The notes under the pieces were generated by a model that was given only the letters and a program-made list of their open reading frames with translations, was not told where the DNA came from and made no database searches. This document shows positions 22,302 to 35,414 of a stretch of DNA of 53,905 bases, piece after piece. Source of the DNA: Chara braunii (lineage: Eukaryota; Plantae; Charophyceae); assembly GCA_003427395.1 (NCBI GenBank), contig BFEA01000013.1, positions 1,709,114 to 1,763,018 on the forward strand. The letters are read 5' to 3'. The translations under genes and the position numbers were made by a program. Positions within the stretch are counted from its first letter, which is position 1. Each line of letters opens with the position of its first letter.

Positions 22302-24996
22302 CGCTGTGTGGGGGAGGTTGTTTGTTTCGTAAAACGAGTTGCCCCCTGCCCAGGGAAAATAAAGGGGGTGGAAAGAAAAGAAAAGAAAAGGAAAAAATAT
22401 ATATAATGGTCACGTACGTCGTCGAGGCCGCGGAACAGGTGCAGCCCCAGAAAGTTCTAGAGGTTCATGGGACTGCGCCTATTCATTTTGAATTGGTAGT
22501 AGTGAATGGCTGGGTACAACCATATCCAGGGGCACCTGGCCTGGGAGAACGGCCGGGTACTCCTGGGGAGTGATGACCTTGGTTTCTCTAAGGGGAAACC
22601 AAGGTACCTAGCTCCTCACCATTGATTTTGATTAAGGGTCAGGAGCACTGGCGATTTTTGCTTGGGTGTGGGCAAGGCAACTGCCCACATGCCCTCAGCC
22701 AGGTATAAAAGCCAGCATCTTACCTAACAGCCTCACACTTGTGGCAGTGCTGCCAAGCATTCTACTTGAGTAGATGTTGGGTAACTGGCTACTGGTGTAG
22801 TGAGGGAGTGCTCGCGAAGTGCTGGAGGTATGCAGGATGAGGGGAGATGCTGCTGGAGGAGGAGAAGAGAGGCATCCATAGCCAAGGGATGGAGGCTCTT
22901 TGCCCTACCCTTGTGTTGGTGCTGCGGCGGTAAGGATGCATTAGGGTCAGGACGGTGCGGTAGGCGGCACCTATCGTAGTGGGGTTGTGTTGCCGGACTG
23001 CCGCCGCGACGTCAAGACCTTCCTAAGGGAAGGTGCTACCGGATTTGCATCGTGGCGCTGGTGTTTTTTTTAATGTGAGTGTGGGGAGCTGTTGTTCAAT
23101 CAGGGGCGAGGTAACGACAGTGTATCTAGTGGGGTTATGCTGCCGAAATTGACAATTGCGGTGTTTTTTTTTCGGAGCGGCGATCACAGTGGTATTATAC
23201 GGCAGCGGCATGAAGTGTTATTTTATTTTTTTTGGAGCAATGCACGCGGCGACGGCCTTTTAAGAGAACCGATGCGGTCTAAGTGTGGCACGGGTGTGGG
23301 ACCGTGCGGCAGTGGTGCATGAACCAGCGGCATGAAGAGAGCGTTGAGTGAGTGTTCGCTGTAGTGGCTATTCGGGCTGTGACACATGTGGAGTTTTGGA
23401 CCATTTGGTATTGCAGGCAATGGTGTGGGACTGATTTTGTGATGGGGACCAGCATGTTGGTGTGACTATTGCGAGCAGACAATGTCATTGGAGGCGGTGT
23501 GGACTTTCGATTGTTTGGGGAGACAAATTTTTTGTGAAGTGCAGTTGGGACTGTCTTGGGACGTTTCAGACCGGTCTAAGCAGGGATCAGTTTGGGACAT
23601 TGGGACCACGTGAAAACTTATTTCTGGGAACTCGCTTCTAGAGGGCTATCCTGCTTGAGTTTTTTTGTGGTCCAACCTCCGTTCTTTTGAGTACTTAAGA
23701 GAGGACGAGGACCATGGCTCAGGAGAAAGGCCACAACCTGTGAAGTTGTGAGCCGCGTATTTTCATGTGAGCCACATGTTTTCATATTCAACGGCGATAA
23801 TTTTCTTCTGATTGAAATATTACCCGACTTTCTTAAGTGAGCCAGACCAAATTTCACTAAATGTTAGTCAGTTGATTGACTCAGGCTTCCCTTCGCACCT
23901 GTGTGAACCCACACTTTCCTTGACCCTGTTGTTTTGAATGTTCAAAAGAAAAGATAGAGAAAAGTTGTGCGAGTCATGCATGTGAATGGAAAGGTAGGAC
24001 TTGAGTATGAAATTGTATTTTTTTTTTTTAACTTGTTTTCTTTGCGTGTTGCGAGAGGTAGGTAGAAGGATGTTTGTAAAGGAGATTGATTATGCCTATT
24101 TGAGATGGAGAAAATTATTGTTTTTTTTCTACCTTTCGCTTGCCTGCTTATTGAAAGGACTTGTTATTATGAAAAAGATTATTCAGCGTGTGTCGTAGAA
24201 TGAATTCGATTGAAATAAAGCAGATAATGTCAAATGGACTTAGTCTTCTTCCGAGGAATGACCCTTCTATCCCGAACGACTTTATCTACCTTTACCTGTC
24301 CAAATGATTCTCTATCTTTATCTCTTCTGATTTCTTTTCGTCCAAGTTACCCTTAACTTAGAGGAACTGTGAATATATAAAAGTTACTCGCAGTTGACGC
24401 ATCCTCTATCATCAGGAAGCATCTGGGGCGAAGGCTCGTTGCTTTAGGAGTCGGCCCTGTTATCGACCCGGAGTGGACCGTTCTACGGGGGGGTACTTGT
24501 CGATTCGATGGAGACGGCCCGATGTCTGAGATCCGAGTCTTGTGCTCGGGCGAGGAGGAGAAGTATCCCAAACTACTTCGTAGAGGAAGAGGCATGCAAC
24601 ACTTCAAGCAATGCGCCTGATCGAGAATCATCCGCAAAGAAGCCTGTTATTCAATAAGATTTAGAATGTATGGAGATATGTGTGCGTGCTTAATCTTAAA
24701 TTGACGATGGGCTGGAATGAATGTTTTTGGCAACACGTCTCATCAAGCCAAAACTAAGACAGACCGACTACCTCGTCGGTTGCATCAAGGTTCTTGTCAG
24801 TAGCCAACTCCTTGTTCGCGGTTGTATGATTGTTTTGTGGTGTTCGACATGAGATGGTTGGATTGTATTTTGATCATGTGTTATTGGACGTATCTAATAA
24901 TGATTTTGATCACTTCAGTTGTCATTTTAGATTGAATATTTATTTCTATCGACTACGGTCGATCCTTTTGAGATTAATAATGTATGGTTGTTATAA

Positions 24997-25367
24997 ATGG
25001 CCCAGGGGCCGGTTGTCTCCCCCGGACGTCTCCCCCATACGTCCGGTACCCCCGTCGTTCGGGAAAAAAAAAAAAAAAAATCGTAAAAAAAAAAGTTATT
25101 TTTTTTCGGTTTTCGATTTTTAACTCATGACTGACTGCGAATTTGAAAATGACTCAAAGGCAAAAGTTGCTTGTATTGTTATGTTACATAACATATATAT
25201 TTTTTCAGATTTNNNNNNNNNNNNNNNNNNNNNNNNNNNNNNNNNNNNNNNNNNNNTTTTTTTTGCGCTAGGTCGGACAACCCCTGTCCAGTCAGACGTC
25301 CGACCAGACGTCCGGTCGGACATCCTGGACGGTCAGGGGGGTCCCGGACTTCCGATCCAACAACCTA
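24997..25367. mobile_element. MITE-like insertion (hAT-like, spans a gap)
   Basis: Absent from the 5' LTR; 8-bp flanks tgttataa/ggttataa; right end ...caacaaccta, left end degenerate. Confidence 0.55.
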
Positions 25368-25767
25368 GGTTATAATATTATTTTAACAGTGTGTTTAAAG
25401 AGACTAGGATTAATGTTTGGTTTCACGCTTGGTTGAGACCGTCCTAGTTGACCATCGTCGACTTCGTACTTAGGAGATCAGCGCCCTAAGGGACGGACGA
25501 CGTTCGGATCCGCTTGGCGTTAACCAAGTGTATCTATACTACAGCGAACGAGTGAATGCCCTCGGATGACCTACCTCTGCGACTGCATCTAAAAACTTTC
25601 GTACGCGGGTCAATAGCTCGGTAGGGATACGCCCCTGAGGGTGGTGACAACCTCTTAGGGAAGGAGAGTTTATGCCCTTCAGGAACCTATCCTGTCCTAG
25701 GGGACATGGCCGGTAGGGCTCCCGCCTCTTCGTGAGAAAAGGCGGGGGCCGATGCGCTCGACAACGG

Positions 25768-28550
25768 CCTCTCAGGACTTTGGTCCGCCTGTAACCGTAG
25801 AGCCACGATAAGGTTTAGGAGTGGAAGTTTTGATTACTACTTCAACACTTACCTGGTTGATTTCTCTTGGTGTGTGCAGGTGTGGCGCTGAACTTGAGCA
25901 CACGATTTTAATCCATCTCGACGTCCGGTGAAACTGGTGCTTTATGAATTTCGATTTTTCATGCTCTTTCTGCATGGATGGTATCTTCTATTTCATGCTA
26001 TGACTACGATTAAGGGATATATGTTCTAATTTTTCCACCTTTTGGTCAGTCTGCCCGATTGAAACTCATTGAGAGAAAATTGAGAGCAGAGGAAGAACTG
26101 AAGGGAAAGAAGGGGAGGTGAGAAGCGCGTCAGATGTTGCAAGGAGTTTGGGAGGGAAACTAAATAGGTTAGTTGATTGAGATGGATAGTTGGGGGGGGT
26201 GATTCGCTACACGTATCGGGGTGAGACTATACCTGAGGTGGGTCGAGTAGAGGCATGGATAAGGGTAAGGTTGCACGAGTGACACTGCCTCTTGATCCGC
26301 TTATGACTTTGATCCACCCTTAGACACACGAGTTGGCCGGCTCGTGTCCAGGTCGCAGCAGGGCAGGTAGACCATCGTTGATAGTACTCTAACCAATCCT
26401 CCGGCTCGACATGAGGGTAAGAAGAGGTACGCCAGAGGGTTGTTCTTTACTAGGCCTGTTGACATTTTGAAGGGTTACAAAATTGGTCGACGGGGACCTA
26501 TCGTGTGGGTTTGTGACCTCATCAGTCCAAGAGTGGGCACAGGGGTGAATCGATTGAGAGAGATAGTGGATTGTTTCTTTATAAGGACTGGTGTTTATAG
26601 AGTCACGAACAAAAGTCTATGTTATCCGTGGTACGGGTTCACTTGAGCGAGTAGATTTGCCCCTCGAAGGAATGAGTAAATACATAAAAACGAGAGAACA
26701 AGGGCTAATAGTGAGAGAAGGGGTCTTTGTGCGGGTAAGGATCGAAAGTAATCCAAAGATCTATGCCAGAAGGGATAGAGAGCATGTGCCATTTGTAGCA
26801 GCAGTGAACGTCATGATATATTTGTCCCTAGATGAATGAAAGTTTTTGGTAAGAGATACTGCTAGGCATTGTCGGACACTGCCAAGTCCGACCGCTCTTA
26901 ACTACAGATACGGTCCACAACTCTTCTATGAATTTTCGGTTAGCATAAACACTGTCGCTCACTACAGGGTTCATTATGCTTATGATTGAGAATCCTCTAG
27001 GACCACAACAATGAGGACCAATGTTGTACCTAAGTTCCTGGTTAGAATAGTCTTCGGGGGTGCTGATAATCATCAATGACTGGTGACCACGCTATAGAGG
27101 GTCTTTCAATTTCGTCCTTCTATCGAGGAGCTTTCTTGGCTGCATACCTACTTTTTGGACAGAGGTTTGTCTGGTCGTAGGGAGTTGAGGCAAGTTTTCT
27201 TCAGGAATACACCAGGGAGCAGTAAGTGAAGAGATAGATCGGGGAAAAATTATGGACGCATATCCTGTAGAGAACTGGCACAAGCGGTTATTGGGTAGCT
27301 GAAAATTCAGGAATGAAAATTCTGAAGTGAGAGTTTTGGACAGTCTTAAAATCTTGAATGGTCCTGAAGTGGTGAAAGGTCCGAAGACCCTGAAAACCAC
27401 CTGTTTAGGCAGGCTGCATCCTGAAGTGGTGAAGTGAGAGTTTTGGGCAGTCTGAAAATCCTGAATGGTCCTGAAGTGGTGAAAGGTCCGAAGACCCTGA
27501 AAACCACCTGTTTAGGCAGGCTGCATCCTGAAGTGGTGAAGGGTGTCCTGAAGTGGTCAAGTGAGAGTTTTGGACGGTCTGAAAATCCTGAATGGTTCTG
27601 AAGTGGTGAAAGGTCCGAAGACCATGAAAACCACCCTTCACCACTTCTGGATGCAATCTGACTAAACAAGTGGTTTTCAGGGTCTTCGGAGTTTTCACCA
27701 CTTCAGGACCATGCAGGATTTTCAGACCTGAATGGTCCTGAAGTGGTGAAAAGTTCGAAGACCCTGCAAACCACCTATTTAGGCAAGCCGCATCCAGAAG
27801 TGGTGAAGGGTGTCCTGAAGTGGTGGTGAAAAATATGACCGTTGTTAACCTTCCCTCAGAACTGGATGATGTGTTATGGCGAAGAATATAGAGTTCAACT
27901 CTGCCAATTTTTTTACGAAGAACCCGAATTCATTGGTGAGGACTGGGTGAAGTTTGCTTACTGGTCAAAAAAAAGAAAGGTTGATAGATCATGGAGATCG
28001 ATTCTAATGAGATCCGAAGTTTAGTTACTGGTTGTAGCTTCCGTGGGATTCAAAAGTAACTGCACGGGAATAAGGGTTTTAGGAACATATGCACTAGTTG
28101 TTAAGGGCTATCTTTATTATGAGACTATTATACTCGGTGACGGTTTTCTCAAGTCAATAGAACAAAGTTATAAGGACCCGGAATCGGGTAGTATACAAGG
28201 TCTGGACTCTTATACTTGGTTGGACGAAGTGATTGTTAAACCACTAGTACCTCCGAGGCTGTTATTGTCGACCCTAAATTTCACCGCGCTCTAAGTTTGT
28301 CGAACCTAGGTACCACTCCATTTTCTTTTTAGTACTCTCACGGAAAAAAAAAAAAAAGGAAAGAAGAATAAAAGTTGAGGCCGTGAAACTCGGAAAAAAA
28401 AAAAAAGCTCAACTTTGGTCATGATTGCAATTGTATACATTCTTGGAAGTGGTAGTGTGAGTGTGTCGTAAGTGAGGGCATCTTAGGCCCGTAGCCAGGT
28501 TGTGAGATTCGAGAAAAAAAATAGAAGGGGAAAAAAACGAGCACACGGAT
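25768..28550 (+). mobile_element. Element A internal leader, copy 1 (duplicate of 30126-32323)
   Basis: Collinear with 30126-32323 apart from the 27320-27830 array. Confidence 0.85.
27320..27830. repeat. cctgaagtggtgaa-based tandem array with an internal inversion
   Basis: ~110-125-bp units; ~27637-27727 is the reverse complement of the unit; absent from copy 2 of the leader. Confidence 0.8.
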
Positions 28551-28555
28551 CCGAG

Positions 28556-30100
28556 TGTAGACGAACATAGAAATCACGCGTGAAATAGGAGAGTGAACAC
28601 TCGCTGAACAACGATCATTTTCATCTCCGTTGGTGGAAAAAAGCGCACCTATCCGCGAGTGATCATCGAGATCTTCATCATCGTCATGAACCTCAGCGGA
28701 AAAGCGGGCTCGCAGCCACGCTTGATCATAAGGATCATCATCATTAGCATCCTCGTTTGTCTGAAGCTGCACATTTGTATACGTGATCAGCAACGACGCC
28801 AGTGCTTGATTCGGGGGAGAGGATGTGTGCAGCAGCGCCCGATCATCCGGACCGTCATCATCATTGTGAGCGAGCAGATCATCATCGTGAGTGCGCAGAT
28901 CATCACCGCGAGCTGCCAGGCTGATCATTGCGGGGGAGCAAATCATCGTCGCAAGCGTGTAAGTAGATCAGTACGAGTGAGTAGGACATCAGGGGTCACC
29001 ACCATCGTGAACAGGCTCATCATCGCATGGGTCTTCAGGAACGTGCGCTAATCACCTTATATACATACATCGGATCAAGGGGAACCACAAAAATCAAATG
29101 AAATGCGGGAACCCAATCAGCGGGGTCACAAAGTTCAAAGGCGTCGAATACTTCACGTAGATTACAACCGCACAGATCTTCGGGCGGGCACTCGAGGCTA
29201 CCGAGCAGATTGCCATGTGTCATGAGCGAGTCATTGCGAGCCATTGCGTTCAAAGGCTACATTGGAACAAAGCAAACGAGTCAAGGTCGAGACTTTTGGG
29301 TCGGGCGGGTCCAGACAAGGGCCAGGGAATTCAGACCGAACACGGCCGGAGCCGACGATAATTTAGACCAGGAAGTTTTGGACTAGGTCAGACCAAAAAC
29401 AAAAAAATTGTATAGAAGGAGGAATCTACTCGGCGCGAGAGGGAGAAACCGGAACAACCTTTTTTTTATGCACTATCAGGCAGGGATTAAAACTTTCACG
29501 TGGAGGGACCGACACAGGATTTTCCCCAGCCATATTTAGTCTCGGAGTGGTTTCTTGGGCAGGAGAACGGGAATAATAATTTATTTGGAATAATTGGACC
29601 GGACTGAACTTCACTCGAGAGAGGACTGGACAATGGCCTTGATGGTAAAAGTAGAGCTTGAGCTCTGACCTCAATGTGCCCGTGATTCTACTTCGGACTC
29701 ATAGAGCTCTAGCCTGGTCCCTTGGGACCGACGGGCCCTTTACGGACACCACCCTATAGGTCGAATGGTCGGGCCTAGAATGTTTATGCGATCCGTTGGG
29801 ACTCCAATGGATTTTTCAAACTCTGGCAATCGACAAGCTTCTTAGGCTGGTTGCATCGTGACTTGCCCCACCATTTTCAACTAAGTAAAAATGTTTTTTT
29901 TGTTCCTTCCACAATTTTCCTTCCTCAATAAGGGTTGTCAATCTTGTTCATGGTGTTGACTTATTTCTTGTGATACAGGCTAGGTTGTTTTTTTTTCCTA
30001 CAGGATATAGGAGCCACGAACAACCCTCCCGTGGGTGACAAACACGGGGCAAATTAAAGGGGTGGTTTAGCGTGCCGGCGGACCCAACCTTCGGTCGATA
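28556..30100 (+). repeat. Second copy of the 3' part of the element A LTR
   Basis: Homologous to 2491-4013, ends gtcgata and is followed by a PBS. Confidence 0.85.
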
Positions 30101-30101
30101 G

Positions 30102-30119
30102 CGGCGCTGTTGCCGGGGA
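30102..30119 (+). promoter_or_regulatory. Primer-binding site, tRNA-Asp (element A, copy 2)
   Basis: cggcgctgttgccgggga. Confidence 0.8.
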
Positions 30120-32005
30120 TGGCTGCCTCTCGAGACTTCGGTCCACCTGTAACTGTAGAGGCCCAATAGGCTTTAGGAGTGGAAGTTCTGATTACTACTT
30201 CAACACTTACCTGGTTGGTTTTTCTTGGTGTGTGCAGGTGTGGTGTTGGACGTGAGCACGAGGCAGGCAGTTTCGACCCATCTCAACGTTTGGTGAGACT
30301 AGTGATTTATGCATTTCGATTTTGCATGCTCTTTTTGCATGAATGCTATCCTCTTTTTCATGCTATGATTATGATTGAGGGAGATATGTTTTGATTTTTT
30401 GACCCTTTGGTAAGTCTGCCCAATTGAAACTCTCGGGGAGAAAATTGAGAGCAGGGGAAGAGCTGGAGGGAAAGAAGGGGATGGGAGAAACGCCCCATAT
30501 ATTGCAAGGAGTTTAGGAGGGAAACTATATACGTTAGTTGATGGAGATGGATAGCTGCGGGGGTTGATTCACTACACGTGTCAGGGTGAGACCATGCATG
30601 AGGTGGGCTGAGTAGAGGCATGGATAGGGGTAAGGTTGCACGAGTGACACCACCTCTTCATCTGCTCGTGACTTCGGTCCACCCTGAGACACATGAGTTG
30701 GCCGGCTCATGTCTAGGTCGCAGAAGGGCAGGCAGGCCAGAGGTGATGGTACTCTACCCAATCCTTTATCTCGCCATGAGGGTACGGAGAGGTACGTCAG
30801 AGGGCGGTTCTTTACTAGGCTTGTTGACGTTTTAAAGGGTTATATAATCTATCGACGGGGCCTATCGTGTGGGCCTGTGGCCTCATCAGTCCAAGAGTGG
30901 GCACACGGGTGAATCGATTGAGAGAGATAGTGAATTGTTTCTTCATCAGGAATAGTGTTTATAGAGTCACGAACAAAAGTTCATGTTAGCCATGGTACGG
31001 GTTCACTTAAACGAGTAGATCTGCCCCTAGAAGAGAAAAGTAAATACAGACAAACAAGAAAACAAGGGCTACTAGTGAGAGAAGGGGTCTTTGTGTGGGT
31101 AAGGATCGAATGTAATCCAAGGAGCTATGCCTGAACGTCATGATATATTTGTCGCTAGATGAATGAAAGTTTTTGGTAATAGGTACTCCTACGCATTGTC
31201 AGGCATTACCAAGTCTGACCGCTCTTCGCTACAAATACGATCCACAACTCTTCATTGAATTTTTAATGAGCACCGACACTATCTCTCACTACAGGGTTCG
31301 TTATACTTATGATTGGGAATCCTCGAGGACTACGACAGTGAGGACCACTGTTGTACCTAAGTTCCTGGTTAAAACAGTCTTCGGGGGTGCTAATCATCAT
31401 CAACGATTGGTGACCACGGTACGTAGGGCCTTTCAGTTTGGCACTTCTATCGAGGAACTTTCTTGGTTGCTTACCTACTGTTTGGACAGAGGCTTGCCTG
31501 GTCGTAGGGAGTTGAGGCGACTTGTCTTCAGGATTAGAGCGGAAATATGTCAGGGAGCGGTGACCAGAGAGAGATCGGGGAAGAATTTTGGACGCAGATC
31601 CTCTAGAAAATTAGATGATGCGCTATGTTGAAGAATATAAAGTTCAACTCTGACAATTTTCTTACGAAGAACCCGAATTCATTAGTGAAGACTGGGTGGA
31701 GTTTACTTTGTCAGGGAAAGCCGTAGAAAGATGAAAAAGAGGAAAGGTTGATAGATCTTGGAAATCGCTTCGACTGAGACCCGGAGTTTGGTTATTGGTT
31801 GTTGCTTTCGTAAGATTCAAAAGAGACTACAGGGGAAGAAGGGTGTTAGGAACATTTGCACTAGTTGTTAAGGTCTATCTTTATTATGAGACTACTATAC
31901 TCGGTGACGTTTTCCTCAGGTCAGTAGAACAAAGCTATTGAACCCGGAATTTGGTACTATACCAGGCCTGGATTCTTATACTTGGTTGGACGAAGTGATT
32001 GTTAA

Positions 32006-32672
32006 ACCACTAGTACATCCGAGCCTGTTATTGCTGACCCTGAATTTCACTGCGCTCCGAGTTTATCGATCCTAGGTACCAGTCCATTTTCTTTTTGGTA
32101 CTCACACAAAAAAAACAAAAAAAGAGGAAAGAAGAAAAGTTGCGGCCGTGAAAATCATGAAAAAAACAAAAAAAAAAACAAACTAAGTTTTGGTCGTGAT
32201 TGAAGTTGTATACATTCTTGGAAGTGGTAATGTGAGTGTGTCGTAAGTGAGGACATCTCAGGCCCGTGGCCATGTTGTGAGATTGGAAAAAGATAATAGA
32301 AGGAAAAAAACAGGCACTCGGATTTGCCCGTGAAAATGGTTTGATACATTCCCCTAAGTGTCATTGTGATGAGGATACTTATAAGAAACACACGACAATG
32401 AAAAATAAATAAATAATAACATTCAGAATATGACCACCTTAACTGAAAGGTGCATTTTATGGAGGAAGACTGTGAGCATGACCTCCTAAACTACCCTGCC
32501 CAACATTATTGCAGTAGAGAAAAAAAAATTCTTTTTCTCCATTTTTTTTAAACTAGTGGGCACTATGAAACTCAGATTTATGAGACATTGTCGACCTTGT
32601 GTCCCACCTCCTATTTCTTCGGGAACTGGCAAAAACTCGTAATTTCCCAACCTTGGTGGAGGTACTAGTGGT
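32006..32672. mobile_element. TTAA-flanked MITE, TIR ACCACTAGTAC
   Basis: ttaa|accactagtaca...ggtactagtggt|ttaa; removing it rejoins the frame EVIVK/GFLHNEVDKL; truncated copy at 28240. Confidence 0.8.
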
Positions 32673-33059
32673 TTAAAGGGTTCTTACACAATGAGGTGGA
32701 TAAACTATAGGAAAGGGAGGTTAAGGACGGGAATAGCTTCCAATCGGTGTCAACTTATCTCCAACTTGTCGAAAGTGGTTTTCTACCACATGTAAAGCGA
32801 GTTGTATGTCTGTCAGTACCAACCTTTATTTTCAAGGATTTTTTTTTATGATTAGATCGTTTGATTTATGTCTATTGGTCCTTCCGAAAAATGGAGAACC
32901 TGCTTTTATGTAGCGATAAGCATCACGCGCATTACACATTGTGGACAGCACGACCTCGATTCAGGGATTCAACCCTTAAGTTAGTAAAACTAATTCAAGT
33001 TGCTTCGCCGAGAGGATTGAGAGAGTCTCCTAGAACTGAACAGGCAGTTGAGTTTTGGA

Positions 33060-33347
33060 CTAGGCAACCAGATGGGTTGCCCAGGTCAGCCTATTTTCCT
33101 GGGCTGCCCGACCGTGCAAGGATCAGGGAAGGACCTAGTGAAAAAAAAAAAAAAAAAAAAAAAAAACCCTAAAAAAAACTATGTTATGTACAAAACTAAA
33201 CTGAACAGGTTTTGCCTCAAGGTCGCATCGAAATTCTTTACCAAATTTAAAATAAAATTTAAATTATAAAATAATTATAAATATTTATTTTTTTATTTAT
33301 TTTTGGCTCGGACGGGCAACTGGTCTCAGACCACTCTGGTAGCCTAG
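33060..33347. mobile_element. hAT-type MITE
   Basis: TIR ctaggcaaccaga/tctggtagcctag; 8-bp TSD gttttgga/tttttgga. Confidence 0.75.
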
Positions 33348-33569
33348 TTTTTGGATCGCTTTTGACCGACGCCTCAGAGATCCTTATGACTGCGTAGTCG
33401 TCCTACCTGACCTATTCGAGTCAATCGCTTCTCAGGCTATTGAAACTAGAAATTTATTGATTCTTAGAAAACTTTGACGAAGAGGAAGAAGAAGAGGAGT
33501 GTGATGAATGGTCTTTAGCCGAATGGGAAGATGAAAGTGAAATTTCTTAGGATCACATAAAATACTTTA

Positions 33570-35414
33570 GAAGCGCTGCTGAAATAGAAGAAAGCGTGAG
33601 GGAACAGTTGACCCAGTTAGGTGTCTTGATGGGGACCAATGACAAAAATTAGTGATTTCTTTGAGGATAAACATCTTTGGGAGAGAGGTATAAACTCAAC
33701 GCTGCCCACATCGAGTGATCCCACAATCAAGACTTTTTTTAGGAATTGGACTCTAACATTAAACGGACCATTTCCTTACGTATTCGAAAATTATACGGTA
33801 TTAGTAAATACGGAATCGGGTGAAAAAATATATGTTGTAGTTGCGAGGTTTGTAGAGACTAATGGGTATGATGTAAGGGTGTATAATCCTATAAGAAGGA
33901 TATTAACCGGTGACTTATGGTGATGTAGGAACTGGAGAGAGACTATGTCTTACGCTTATAGAATGAGGTTGTAGACGGAAGGGGAAACATTATCCTAGGT
34001 CTTAAAGCAAAAAAATACAGAGACATTCCTAGTCCACCAATTCCAGAAAGTTTCTTAGATGGAAGCAATTGGGAACCAATGGTGAATATGGTACTGAAGG
34101 CTAGACTCATGGAGCGGTAGAGAATGAGTAAAGAAAAAATGACATATGACGAAGAACTCTCAGTAAGGAGGGAAATTTTTATCGCAGAAAACAAACCATT
34201 GAAGAGGAAGTTAGAAGTCGTATATGAATTTTTGATCTCTCTAGGAGCCAGAAAAGTAATTCCTTATGAGATAGTGACCTATGAAGTTCTGGATAGTGGA
34301 TGGGAATAAATCCGTTTATATGTTATGACCGCCTGTTTTGTCAAGACGGACGTCCTTGACGTAAGGATTTACTTACCGGTAAAAAAAAAAGCGACATTAT
34401 TTATGGACGACGCTGGAAGAAAGCGACGGAAGTAGTAGAGGGCGAAAATGTTAGACTACTCATGCGAAGGAAGGAGTTTGATTGGAGCACGAAAATAACG
34501 ATTTCTGAAAGGTTTCCTAAACCGTCAGTCCCTCTCCAGGTGATGATAAAAAAGGGATGGGAAACCACATTTGACTTGTTTTGTTACATACGACTGTACA
34601 TGGATTGAGGAGGCGAGGTTCTAGTGGCTGGAGGTAACATAGTAAGGGAAGGCTTGACATGGGAACTAGCTAGAAAAAAGTCTAATAACTTGCGTTAACT
34701 CTTGAGAGTTTGGACTTCCAAAGATCTGCGTGCTTTAGGGACTTCAATCTGCTGAAGAATTAGACGTCACGAGACAGAGACCTTGGAGATAAGGAGAGGT
34801 GTTGCGTGTGTGGAAAAGGATGAAGGGGAACTCTACATAGACACAACTCTTTTTTGTGTAGAAGGGGACCATGAATTCCGAGACGCAAGTGGGAAAGTGA
34901 CAGTCATTCTGATAGCAGTAAAAAATTAAACTGCCATTAGGGGGAAAGTGAGGAAAAGGAGCCTCTGAGTACGGCTCCACCGTTCCCACCATGGCTTCAT
35001 TGAGGAATAGGCGCCGGTAAGTTGAGTGATGAAAACGTTGGGCGACTCCTAAGTTTTTTGAATTTGCTAGCAAATGTAGAGGTGTTTTTTTACAAAGTTA
35101 TAAGATATGAAGCCCTAAAGAGAAGCGGATGAGAGTATGATAACCTATATGTATTGACTTGTCGTTTTATAGATCTTGAGGAGCACGATACGAGTATTTA
35201 TGTAATGAAGGAAAGGTATAGAGATTGTAGATACGGTCGTTGTTGGGAACGAGCAATCAGGGTAGTCATGGAAGAGAAAACGAGATTGGAAAGAGAAGGA
35301 AGAACTTACATATGGAGTATAGACGTTTTCTCCTTTGAAGGATTGCCAAAACGTCCTTTGAGTAGTGTTCGACTACCGAGGCGTGGATGGGCGGTGATGA
35401 TAGACATTGAATGA
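33570..35414 (+). pseudogene. Decayed extra ORF upstream of gag with a thrice-repeated unknown domain
   Basis: IYVVVARFVETNGYDVRVY / LYVMTACFVKTDVLDVRIY / LYVLTCRFIDLEEHDTSIY, each followed by a W-containing segment and a P..P...(G/N)W motif. Confidence 0.65.

Larger units (their letters stand above)
4039..25763 (+). mobile_element. Element B: non-autonomous, gag-only LTR retrotransposon with ~5.5-kb LTRs, containing nested element C
   Basis: LTRs 4039-9628 and 12331-25763, TG...CA termini, PBS at 9631, 4-bp TSD gcgg/acgg. The empty-site sequence (gggatggctgcctctc) is visible at 30116-30131. Confidence 0.9.
12331..25763 (+). repeat. 3' LTR of element B (interrupted by C and by a MITE)
   Basis: Starts tgttggggtaaataccc, ends gccgatgcgctcgaca followed by TSD acgg. 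Confidence 0.9.
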
